Shown: in pieces, positions 1 to 7,546 of the stretch
How positions within the stretch are numbered: position 1 is the first letter of the stretch
How the letters are laid out: each line of letters begins with the position of its first letter
Origin: an uncultured virus (IMG/VR IMGVR_UViG_3300031555_000852)
Lineage: Duplodnaviria > Heunggongvirae > Uroviricota > Caudoviricetes
Reading direction: 5' to 3' (one strand)
Length of the DNA: 20,000 nt
Virus record (IMG/VR): IMGVR_UViG_3300031555_000852
Span: 45,254 to 65,253 of that record
Notes under the pieces: model-generated
The model's database searches: none
Told to the model about the DNA's origin: nothing
What the model saw: the letters and a program-made list of their open reading frames with translations, nothing else
Position numbers and translations under genes: made by a program

Positions 1-1603
1 AAAGCACACCCAAAAGAATGCTCTTTGCTTGGCTTCTTCTCTCCTTACCCTCCTTATTCGTAGTGCCGTCGGGTCTAAACTCTTTGCACTCCTCGTAAGG
101 CTTGTTAAATGCTTTACTTGCAATCTCACTGTATAAGTCCTTGCCTTCCATAAAGACATTATACATCTGCGGGTCTCCGTCTTTTCGACACATAGCCGCA
201 AGTGCTTTCGGCTCTTGTTGTGAGAAGTCACTCGACATAAGAACATAGCCATCACTGGCTTTGAACATCTTACGAATATCCTTATTATGGGACGGGATGT
301 TCTGCAAGTTCGGGTCGTTAGAACTGAATCGTCCTGTGTCAGCCCCGTACTGATTGAACTTACAATGAATACGACCGTCTTTAGGATTTACACAAGTGGG
401 CAGTTTATCAATATATGTACTGATTAACTTACCAACACCTCTATATTCGAGCAGGGCATCGGTGAACGAGTTGTTAATCTGTTGCAAGATTTTTTCTCCT
501 GTGCCTCTCGGCGATTTCTCATCGATTACGCCGACCTTCATAATATCGTACAACAGAATTGCTACCTGTGCAGGTGAGTCAAGATTGATAGGGTCGGACA
601 ACTTATGCCCAGGATTTTTAGCCTTATACTCGGCAATCTCATTCGCATACATATCTATTGCACTATGCACTGCCTGCAGTTGCTTTTCCAACTCGGCTTG
701 ATACTTAACATGGAGTTCATCTGCAAGTGACATATCAAATGCCACTCCAGTGTCTTCCATATCTGCAACGACGGCTACAATGGGCATCTCAATGTTATGG
801 AACACCAAAGCAACATCTTCCAACCCACGCTCAACACACAATGTTGAATTGGGATTAAGATAGGGCTCTTGGAACTCGTACAGTTCGAAGGTGATTTTAG
901 CATCGTGTGCGGCATACAGATATGCTATGTTAATAGGCACTAAATCAAACGAAATGTCCTTGAACAAATCTGCAAACTTCGATGCAGTTCCTTCACCGTT
1001 AGTACAATACTTTTGGTGCAGAAGTTTAAGTGCGTTGGATTCTTCATTCTCGTTAAGCAGTCTCGCCCCGATATAGCAATCCCAATAACAGGTGAGATAA
1101 GATCCTGTTTGATTGCGGATTACACGAACATCGAACGGCGCATTAAACATAATGATTTTGGTATTACACTCGACCATTCTATCTAACTGCTCTTTGACAA
1201 GACGAACAGGCAACTGATTTTCAATCTTGATGCCCGTCACATACGACTTATGATTGATAGGAATATATGCAGGCTTCATACCGGGTGTATAAATGCTTAT
1301 ACCTACAATGTTATCGAGCATGGGGTCTAACCCCGTAGTCTCTGTATCTGTTGACATAATACCGTTCTCTACTATCTTATCGAAGTAGTTGACCAGTGTC
1401 ATTATGTCCTGAATACAAATATACTCATCTCTGTATTGCCCGAGATTTTTCTCTGTCAACGCCCTCGCGGTGTTTATCCTCTCAACGAGTCCCCCACCAC
1501 TGCCTTTGACAGTAGTGGAAGACTTCTTTGTAGAGTTGGCACGCTTTGCGATTGATGAGTCGGCAGAGCGTCCCGCTCTCTCAGGCACCTTAAACAGTGC
1601 CAT
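1..1603 (-). CDS. polA: Phage DNA polymerase, family A (3'-5' exonuclease + polymerase; C-terminus runs off the window)
   Basis: Not in the ORF track; translated by hand from ATG at 1603, which overlaps the SSB stop (TAATG). Motifs: ExoI DTETTGLD, ExoII FNAPFD, ExoIII YAAHDA, TGRFSSNDPNLQNIP, motif A SSDFSQQEPK, motif B RRSQAKSILLGVL. No 5'-3' exonuclease domain. Confidence 0.96.
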   Translation of the reverse strand, partial: MALFKVPERAGRSADSSIAKRANSTKKSSTTVKGSGGGLVERINTARALTEKNLGQYRDEYICIQDIMTLVNYFDKIVENGIMSTDTETTGLDPMLDNIVGISIYTPGMKPAYIPINHKSYVTGIKIENQLPVRLVKEQLDRMVECNTKIIMFNAPFDVRVIRNQTGSYLTCYWDCYIGARLLNENEESNALKLLHQKYCTNGEGTASKFADLFKDISFDLVPINIAYLYAAHDAKITFELYEFQEPYLNPNSTLCVERGLEDVALVFHNIEMPIVAVVADMEDTGVAFDMSLADELHVKYQAELEKQLQAVHSAIDMYANEIAEYKAKNPGHKLSDPINLDSPAQVAILLYDIMKVGVIDEKSPRGTGEKILQQINNSFTDALLEYRGVGKLISTYIDKLPTCVNPKDGRIHCKFNQYGADTGRFSSNDPNLQNIPSHNKDIRKMFKASDGYVLMSSDFSQQEPKALAAMCRKDGDPQMYNVFMEGKDLYSEIASKAFNKPYEECKEFRPDGTTNKEGKERRSQAKSILLGVL

Positions 1604-2307
1604 TAGAACGAACTATCGCCTCTGCGAGAGGGAGTTCTACGGCCAACAGGCTGACTCTCTCTTTCCTCTCTGCGACCTCTGTCGGTTCTATCGGCTCTCT
1701 CGGTTCTTGCGGACTCGGAACGCTGAGGTGCACCGTCGTTATTGGGGAAGCACTCGTAGTCGAGATAATACTCCATATCCTCGGCAGTCTTGTCGAGAAT
1801 GATGGTGCCGAGAACATCTGGAATCTCGGGCAAATCTTCGAGTCTGGTATCATCGCAACCAGTCTCATATACCTCATACACAGTGCCGGTGTCACCCTTC
1901 TTTCCGTGTCTCTCAACATCGAAAGTATGGGCTACAAGAGGAGTATTGGCGTTAGAATATCTCGCACAGAGCGCGGACATCTTTGCAAAGAAATTCTTAC
2001 CTCTCTCCCAAATCTTTACTTCGTCCTCTTCGATGTCGTAGAGGGGGATGTACAACTTTGCTCTCTGGAACGAGTTGTTAGCGCAGAACGGACACTTCGA
2101 CTTGGGCTCATTGTAAGAGCGCAGGCAATTCACATAACGCTTCTTGCCATCAATCTCAACCTCATGTACTGCGTAACCTACAACATCTTCCATACTGTTG
2201 TACATAAAACGCACCTTTGCTACATCGCCGTCGTCCTTCAAAGTGAAGAACGAACTGCCTCCGCTACCGCCGTAGTTATCTACTTCGTTTGCTCCAAATC
2301 TTCCCAT
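1603..2307 (-). CDS. ssb: Single-stranded DNA-binding protein, gp32-like, with putative Zn site
   Basis: Start moved to ATG 2307 (MGRFGAN..., GGAGG RBS upstream). FFTLKDDGDVAKVRF, H...C-x10-CPFC, KIWERGKNF and GKKGDTGTVY resemble the gp32-type OB-fold SSB pattern. Lies directly upstream of the polymerase. Confidence 0.8.
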   Translation of the reverse strand: MGRFGANEVDNYGGSGGSSFFTLKDDGDVAKVRFMYNSMEDVVGYAVHEVEIDGKKRYVNCLRSYNEPKSKCPFCANNSFQRAKLYIPLYDIEEDEVKIWERGKNFFAKMSALCARYSNANTPLVAHTFDVERHGKKGDTGTVYEVYETGCDDTRLEDLPEIPDVLGTIILDKTAEDMEYYLDYECFPNNDGAPQRSESARTERADRTDRGRREERESQPVGRRTPSRRGDSSF

Positions 2308-2308
2308 C

Positions 2309-2575
2309 TTACTTTTCCTCCTTTTCGTCGTTGGGGTTTGTGGTGTCGCGGTCATTAAACAACGCTCTGTCCAGCTTCGACACAAAGTCTGCGAGAAATG
2401 CAGTCATTGAAAGACCTGCTTCAAGGTCAGATGCATCGGGATCATCTCCGATGAACTTCATAACCGCGGATGCCGCAATTTTAGCGCATACTCTGTCGAA
2501 CTCTGCCTGTGTGATTTCACACACAGTTTCCGTTGTCTCGACCTCTTTTGTGGTGGTTTTCTTGGTCAACTTCAT
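2309..2575 (-). CDS. Hypothetical protein (88 aa)
   Basis: ORF 2309..2605; the ATG at 2575 (MKLTKKTT) has an AAAGGAG RBS. Abuts the SSB start. Confidence 0.75.
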   Translation of the reverse strand: MKLTKKTTTKEVETTETVCEITQAEFDRVCAKIAASAVMKFIGDDPDASDLEAGLSMTAFLADFVSKLDRALFNDRDTTNPNDEKEEK

Positions 2576-2597
2576 TGAGTTTCTCCTTTTTTGTGGT

Positions 2598-3245
2598 TTA
2601 GTCAATATATCCGTACAGGTTAATCTCGACTGCCGCTGTCTTGATAGCCTGAAGAATATCTCCGATAGAAGCTTTTACGCAGTCTACACACACGCCCGCG
2701 TATCTGCCGTGCTTTATGTTGAAGTGAACATCGCCAGTATTGAAAGTGTTGCCCCAATCTGTAAAAATGAAGATGTCAGGCAACATGAACACCTTGTAGC
2801 CGTTCTCTACTTTCTCCATAGTGCAGATAGTAATGTCATCTGCCATAACACTGCAAGAGGTGGGCGTTACATCAACAGATGCAACTCGTGCTCCAGTAAG
2901 CGCCTTTACGAAGTCCTTAATCTGGTCGTCCTCGGTTGCGAACTCCGACTTGGTGATAGGCTTAACTTCGACCTTGGGCTCTGTGTTAGGCTCTGCTTCT
3001 GCAAAGTCTGTGTAGGAAGATTCGGGTTCAACATCTTCAGGCTCTGCGAACTCATCTGCGGGCTTCTCGTCAACAACTTTTCTCCAGTTGCTCTTGAAAG
3101 CCGCAAAACTTACCTGGAAGGGCTCTGTGTTCTCGTCAAGGAAGGAGAGTTTCTTATTCTCTACATCTCTGCCGAGCAGAAAGCCAACCTTCTTGCTCTT
3201 TCTGTCCTCGTACTTCTGTCCGATAATGCCGATAGTGTCACTCAT
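2598..3245 (-). CDS. Hypothetical protein (215 aa, two domains joined by an acidic linker)
   Basis: AAAGGAG RBS; first gene after promoter P3; E/P-rich central linker. Confidence 0.8.
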   Translation of the reverse strand: MSDTIGIIGQKYEDRKSKKVGFLLGRDVENKKLSFLDENTEPFQVSFAAFKSNWRKVVDEKPADEFAEPEDVEPESSYTDFAEAEPNTEPKVEVKPITKSEFATEDDQIKDFVKALTGARVASVDVTPTSCSVMADDITICTMEKVENGYKVFMLPDIFIFTDWGNTFNTGDVHFNIKHGRYAGVCVDCVKASIGDILQAIKTAAVEINLYGYID

Positions 3246-3311
3246 TTGTTTTTCTCCTTTTTCTGTTATTTTGGTTTACGATGTGTGACTGTACTACTTT
3301 AGTACAAATAT

Positions 3312-3340
3312 AGTATAACATATTGCAAAACTAATTACAA
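3312..3340 (-). promoter_or_regulatory. Sigma-A/70-type promoter P3
   Basis: TTGTAA (3340-3335), 17-bp spacer, TG-n-TATACT (3317-3312); phased A/T tracts upstream at 3353-3382. Confidence 0.7.
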
Positions 3341-3370
3341 CGGGTGATGCAGAAAATTTTTCAAAATTTT

Positions 3371-4321
3371 TCAAAAAATTTCTTTCAGGTCTAACAATTC
3401 CTCGGGTGTGCAGTCATTCGCATCTTTTCTGCCGTCGGGCAAAACATACTCGGTAATCAGTTTGTTTCGCACATTCTTTTTTATACGAGCCCGTGCTTTC
3501 ATACCTGCCTCGTCACTATCGGTGCAGAGAATAAACTTTCTACAAGGCATTGCCCGCAACTGCTGAAACTGCAACTCATTCCCGAGGCCGTTCAAGGCTA
3601 CTGCATACTTACCGACTGTCCAAAGATAAATGGCGTCAATCATACTCTCGCAAATGATAACCTCTGTCGGGTACCGTTCGAGTTGACTCAACTCATACAG
3701 TCCGTACACAGGCTTCTCTGCTCCAGCAGGATAGTTAAAGAACTTAGTCACAACACTTCTGCGGGCTACAAATAAGCATCGGCCAGATACATCTCGGACA
3801 GGAAAGGTTATAGACTTGGTTTTGGCGTCATAACCAACATCAAATATATCCACGACTTCGGGCGTCATCTTGCGCTTCCACATATACGGATGATACACTC
3901 TGTAGGTGTCGAGTTCGTCATCACTTATATATAATGTAGACTTTTCAACAGTGGTTCTGGATAAATTGAGTTCTATCGTCTTGCGCTCCTCTACACTCAC
4001 TGTGAGGAAGTTCTTTAATAGCCACTCCCATCCAAATGCACCTACAACATCATCATCTCTGCCGAAACAGTGCGAAATCATCTCCTGCAATGTGTGAGTC
4101 TCTCCGCAAGTGAAGCAGTGAAATATGCCATCGCTTTTCTTAATACCCGCGGAGGGTCTACGCTCTTGTCCACCCTTATGATACGGGCAACACACCTGAA
4201 TATTGTCAGGTGTGTCACGCATTGAGTGGAAAAGTTGAATGCCATTTGCAGACAATTGGGAGCGCAGTTCTTCGAGAATGGACATCAAGTCAGTCTCAAA
4301 CGGAACATTGTTCAGTATCAT
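3371..4321 (-). CDS. dnaG: DNA primase (CHC2 zinc finger + TOPRIM)
   Basis: CCPYH...FHCFTC zinc finger; TOPRIM motifs ICESMIDA, CTDSDEAG and KDAND; ATGA overlap with the upstream HTH gene. Confidence 0.93.
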   Translation of the reverse strand: MILNNVPFETDLMSILEELRSQLSANGIQLFHSMRDTPDNIQVCCPYHKGGQERRPSAGIKKSDGIFHCFTCGETHTLQEMISHCFGRDDDVVGAFGWEWLLKNFLTVSVEERKTIELNLSRTTVEKSTLYISDDELDTYRVYHPYMWKRKMTPEVVDIFDVGYDAKTKSITFPVRDVSGRCLFVARRSVVTKFFNYPAGAEKPVYGLYELSQLERYPTEVIICESMIDAIYLWTVGKYAVALNGLGNELQFQQLRAMPCRKFILCTDSDEAGMKARARIKKNVRNKLITEYVLPDGRKDANDCTPEELLDLKEIF

Positions 4322-4548
4322 TTTTGCAACGCCCCCAAACTATAACCGAGAGCGCTGAGGATGCAGGTTGCGTTAAACATAGTAGGCTCACATCTGCCAG
4401 ATAAATAATTGTGTATGGTGTTAGGATGCACACCGCTCAACTTCGCCAACTTGGTCACAGTCATCTCTCGGCATTCAAGTTTATGGCTTAACCAATCCGA
4501 AAACACATCAATCTCCTCAATTTTAGAATACATCTGTTTGGTCTCCAT
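4318..4548 (-). CDS. XRE/Cro-family helix-turn-helix protein
   Basis: MTVTKLAKLSGVHPNTIHNYLSGRCEP is a typical HTH_3 pattern. Alternative start at 4533. Confidence 0.85.
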   Translation of the reverse strand: METKQMYSKIEEIDVFSDWLSHKLECREMTVTKLAKLSGVHPNTIHNYLSGRCEPTMFNATCILSALGYSLGALQK

Positions 4549-5821
4549 AGGATTTCTTTCCCTCCGCTACTTTTCTTTCCGTAGTTCTATTATCCTCAAC
4601 ATCGTCGTAAGTAGGAATAAACTCAAATTCTCCCGTGTTGATATCCCAATGGTAAGTAAGTTTACCCCCTACGGCACCAAATCTCTGCTTCTTTACGGTC
4701 ATATTAAGTACGCCGTGTTCCTTTTGATGGATAGAAATGACCTTACTTGCGTTGTGTGCGATGCCGTCGGAATCTCGAATACTCTCAAGGTCAGGAGTTT
4801 CGTCCCCACCCTTTTCAACAACACCGCTACGGTTTGCTTGGACAACGACAAGAATCGGCACACCAACTTCCATAGAGAGTTCCATTAAGTCCTCACTGAT
4901 ATTGGTAAGGCTTGTAGTCTTGTTGTCGCCTCTCTTGTATCTCTCGTCAGTCATATAGGTAATGCCGTCTACTGCAACGAGGTCTAATTTGTACTGTTTA
5001 ATCCAATTCTTAATCTTCGTCACGGTAATCTTCTTGTCGAAGTCAAGAGGGGTAGCAACTACAAACTTATTCTCCGACTGACGGAGACCTTGAATGTATG
5101 CCTCATAGTCATCTTGGTCAATATCGTCTTTGCCCCACATCAATCCACTGTTGGAATAATGACTGTGCAGGGTATCAAATCTATAACCAATGCTACTTGC
5201 ACTCATCTCGGGCGAAATGTAGCCTACATTGAAGCCTGTCTGCCATACATGGGTGCACATCTTTTCGAGAATCCAAGACTTTCCTTGATTGGTGCGGGCA
5301 AAGATTACGAACAACTCGTCTCTTCTCTGTATGCCGTGAATGATGTCATCGAGTTCTTGGAAACCACAAGTGAAGAACCACTCCTTTTGATGGTCTTTCC
5401 TCTCGACAAACTGATTGAATCGGTCATCCGCATTTGCAACAATATCAATGCCACCCAACGCATAGTTAGGTTGCAGGGTTTTCATCGCATTCAACAAATA
5501 TTCGGCGGCCGCGTTACTATCAGTCTGTAACAGTTTCGCGGCCTCTTGAATAACAGGCACAGATTTGTAGTACAGAAATTCCTCTCGGACAGTATCTACT
5601 AAATATCTGTCGGACTCTGTGACCTCAACGAGTTCAATCTGCGGAAACTCTGCGAGGAATGTAGCCTTGTCTGGCACATTTCCATACTGCTTGATGTGGT
5701 CTTGAATGAAGTTATATTCGTTCTCATAGCCAACGAAGTAATCTTCGGATAGCAGATTGTCCTCAATGATTGAGTTATTGGCAGTCTGCAAGACTTTTGA
5801 TAATATCTGCAATGTAACCAT
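4523..5821 (-). CDS. dnaB: Replicative DNA helicase, DnaB-like (SF4)
   Basis: Walker A ARTNQGKS, ISPEM, Walker B VAVDGI, VVQANR, SDGIAHNA and KQR motifs; TAATG coupling to the loader gene. Confidence 0.92.
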   Translation of the reverse strand: MVTLQILSKVLQTANNSIIEDNLLSEDYFVGYENEYNFIQDHIKQYGNVPDKATFLAEFPQIELVEVTESDRYLVDTVREEFLYYKSVPVIQEAAKLLQTDSNAAAEYLLNAMKTLQPNYALGGIDIVANADDRFNQFVERKDHQKEWFFTCGFQELDDIIHGIQRRDELFVIFARTNQGKSWILEKMCTHVWQTGFNVGYISPEMSASSIGYRFDTLHSHYSNSGLMWGKDDIDQDDYEAYIQGLRQSENKFVVATPLDFDKKITVTKIKNWIKQYKLDLVAVDGITYMTDERYKRGDNKTTSLTNISEDLMELSMEVGVPILVVVQANRSGVVEKGGDETPDLESIRDSDGIAHNASKVISIHQKEHGVLNMTVKKQRFGAVGGKLTYHWDINTGEFEFIPTYDDVEDNRTTERKVAEGKKSYGDQTDVF

Positions 5822-6489
5822 TATCTCATATCTCCTCCCTTGAAGATTATTACTTCGGTATCTTTCGAGAACACACGACTTGCCATCTTCGCCCCAATGG
5901 CTTTCGACAGACCATCAAGCGTTGTAATGTTGCCCGTATAGATGTTTGACAGGCCCGCGTTGGAACGAGCATCAAGGGGCATAATCAACTGCGTGGCATC
6001 ATACGCACTCATACCAAGACACCCAATGTCGTCCCACACAACGAGGTCGACTGTATAGAGCAACTGTTTGAGGCGCTCGAACTCTGGGTCTTTCGTATTG
6101 AAGTCTTTACACTTACCAAGAAATGTGGGTATATGAATGAACACGGCTCTCGGCTTGAAGCCGTTGCCACCCCAAATCTGGTCGAAGTATTTGTGCATCA
6201 GTTTGATGGCCCAAGTGGTCTTTCCGTTGCCCGTATGACTGCTCGTCAAATACAAACTCTTGCCATTCTCTACAAAATTCACGATGTCATCCTTAATGTC
6301 CGCCAATCTGTAGTACGCATCAAGGTCGCAATCAGGTGCTTCAAGTCTCTGTGGACATTGCTTCTTTGTAGGCAGATTACTGTTGTCCATCAAATATCGC
6401 ATCTCTTTATATCGGATGCACATATTTTGACAATTCTCACCGAACTTTTGGCACACAGACTCATACCAACAGTTAGAATGTTTTTCCAC
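5821..6489 (-). CDS. dnaC: DnaC/IstB-like AAA+ helicase loader
   Basis: Walker A HTGNGKT, Walker B LVVWDDIG, IYTGN, ASRV; Cys-rich N-terminus; GTG start with GGAGG RBS; sits between initiator and helicase. Confidence 0.88.
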   Translation of the reverse strand: MEKHSNCWYESVCQKFGENCQNMCIRYKEMRYLMDNSNLPTKKQCPQRLEAPDCDLDAYYRLADIKDDIVNFVENGKSLYLTSSHTGNGKTTWAIKLMHKYFDQIWGGNGFKPRAVFIHIPTFLGKCKDFNTKDPEFERLKQLLYTVDLVVWDDIGCLGMSAYDATQLIMPLDARSNAGLSNIYTGNITTLDGLSKAIGAKMASRVFSKDTEVIIFKGGDMR

Positions 6490-7297
6490 TAAAATTTCCC
6501 TCCTTCGTCTGTACTTTTATATCAGCGGTGTTTGGCATACCAATGTCACAGAACACCGTTTCTTTCTTATCTGCTTTCGCCGCAATTGGGTAGAACGACA
6601 GCCAACCCTTGTCAATACTCTGCTGGACCACATCTACATATTCTCGTTGACACTCGGCTACTGCTTGGTCAAGTTTTGTAAGCATGCCTTTCCAAGACGC
6701 TATACCAAAGGGCTTATCCTTTACTTCAAGTCGAATTTTGAGGAACTGTATAAGTTTCTCCCGTAAATCAGGTAGGTCTGTGTACTTATCAATCTCGGCT
6801 ACACACTTATCGAATAATGTAGGGCGTCTTGTGATGGATCTTGTACGCTTTGATTTTTTAGCACTTCCTAAGAACTCACTTCTCAATTCTTCCTTGCTAT
6901 AACCTTTGCTACTGCAATCCTCATCGGGCGTACTAATTTCATTTATGAAATTAGTATCTTCCTCTATATTATCTTCTATATTATTGATGCAACTTTGTTG
7001 TATGGGGTATGCAACTTTGTTGCATGGTGTGCAACTGTATTCGCAAAACTTAATATTGTTTTTGAAGGATTCGTGTTTCTCAATCAAGCCCGCATCGAGA
7101 AGATTTTTAAGGTTCTTCTGTATGCCAGACTTTGTAGCATTACACCAGTCTGCAAGATATTGTAGGCTGCCGGTAAATCTCGATTCTCCGTCTTGCGAAA
7201 ATCCATATATGAGTGCATATACTATCAAATCATTTCCACTTAATTTTAGGTCTGTGACCATCCATGATTGAACTACGAAATATGTATTTTCCTTCAC
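6473..7297 (-). CDS. Phage replication initiator / replisome organizer (N-terminal winged HTH)
   Basis: LSGNDLIVYALIYGFSQDGESRFTGSLQYLADW...IQKNLKNLLDAGLI wHTH; directly upstream of the DnaC-like gene; contains internal iteron-like repeats; GTG start with GAGG RBS. Confidence 0.85.
   Translation of the reverse strand: MKENTYFVVQSWMVTDLKLSGNDLIVYALIYGFSQDGESRFTGSLQYLADWCNATKSGIQKNLKNLLDAGLIEKHESFKNNIKFCEYSCTPCNKVAYPIQQSCINNIEDNIEEDTNFINEISTPDEDCSSKGYSKEELRSEFLGSAKKSKRTRSITRRPTLFDKCVAEIDKYTDLPDLREKLIQFLKIRLEVKDKPFGIASWKGMLTKLDQAVAECQREYVDVVQQSIDKGWLSFYPIAAKADKKETVFCDIGMPNTADIKVQTKEGNFSGKTF
6931..7036. repeat. Putative origin of replication inside the initiator gene (iterons + AT-rich repeats + inverted repeat)
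   Basis: 22-bp tandem repeats ATGCAACTTTGTTGYATGGKGT at 6987-7008 and 7009-7030, plus partial GCAACT. TCTATATTAT twice (6963, 6975). Perfect 12-bp inverted repeat TACTAATTTCAT-tt-ATGAAATTAGTA at 6931-6956. Confidence 0.75.
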
Positions 7298-7327
7298 GCC
7301 AGTACCTCTTATTTTCTCATTAAAGTG

Positions 7328-7427
7328 ATGAACTCACACTACACAAGGTGCGGGCCAAGTATAGTGTGAGTTCATAGTTGGTTGATATTCAGTTATCCTT
7401 GATTGATATCCCGCAATATCAACCAAC
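7328..7427 (-). promoter_or_regulatory. Structured 5' leader / regulatory element of the initiator operon
   Basis: 14-bp perfect inverted repeat 7328-7341/7362-7375 (17 bp with one G-U on the minus strand). 13-bp perfect inverted repeat 7377-7389/7415-7427. Alternative 12-bp stem 7399-7410/7415-7426. Confidence 0.65.
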
Positions 7428-7494
7428 ATAAGTTTGAGCGGCCAAGCGACAATGGGAAGTCAACTTGTGATGGGCGCTCTCAACTTACAAATAT

Positions 7495-7523
7495 ATTATA
7501 ACATATATTGTGAGTAACTTCAA
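7495..7523 (-). promoter_or_regulatory. Sigma-A/70-type promoter P2
   Basis: TTGAAG (7523-7518), 17-bp spacer, TG-n-TATAAT (7500-7495); AT-rich UP region. Confidence 0.75.
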
Positions 7524-7546
7524 ATGGATATTGAAATATTTTCTAA

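Noticed and set aside
2308..2385. ORF-track N-terminal extension of the SSB (start 2385)
   Set aside because: It overlaps the upstream gene; the ATG at 2307 has a GGAGG RBS and abuts the upstream stop.
1597..3302. Long plus-strand ORFs (1597..2358, 2289..3302)
   Set aside because: Antisense shadows of well-supported minus-strand genes; no recognisable motifs.
6987..7036. 22-bp palindromic repeats as a mini CRISPR array
   Set aside because: The repeats are directly adjacent with no spacers and lie inside a coding gene; iterons fit better.
7328..7375. Leader hairpin as a simple intrinsic terminator
   Set aside because: Followed only by CACUUU on the coding strand and has a 14-nt loop, a poor fit to canonical terminators. 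Kept as part of the structured leader.
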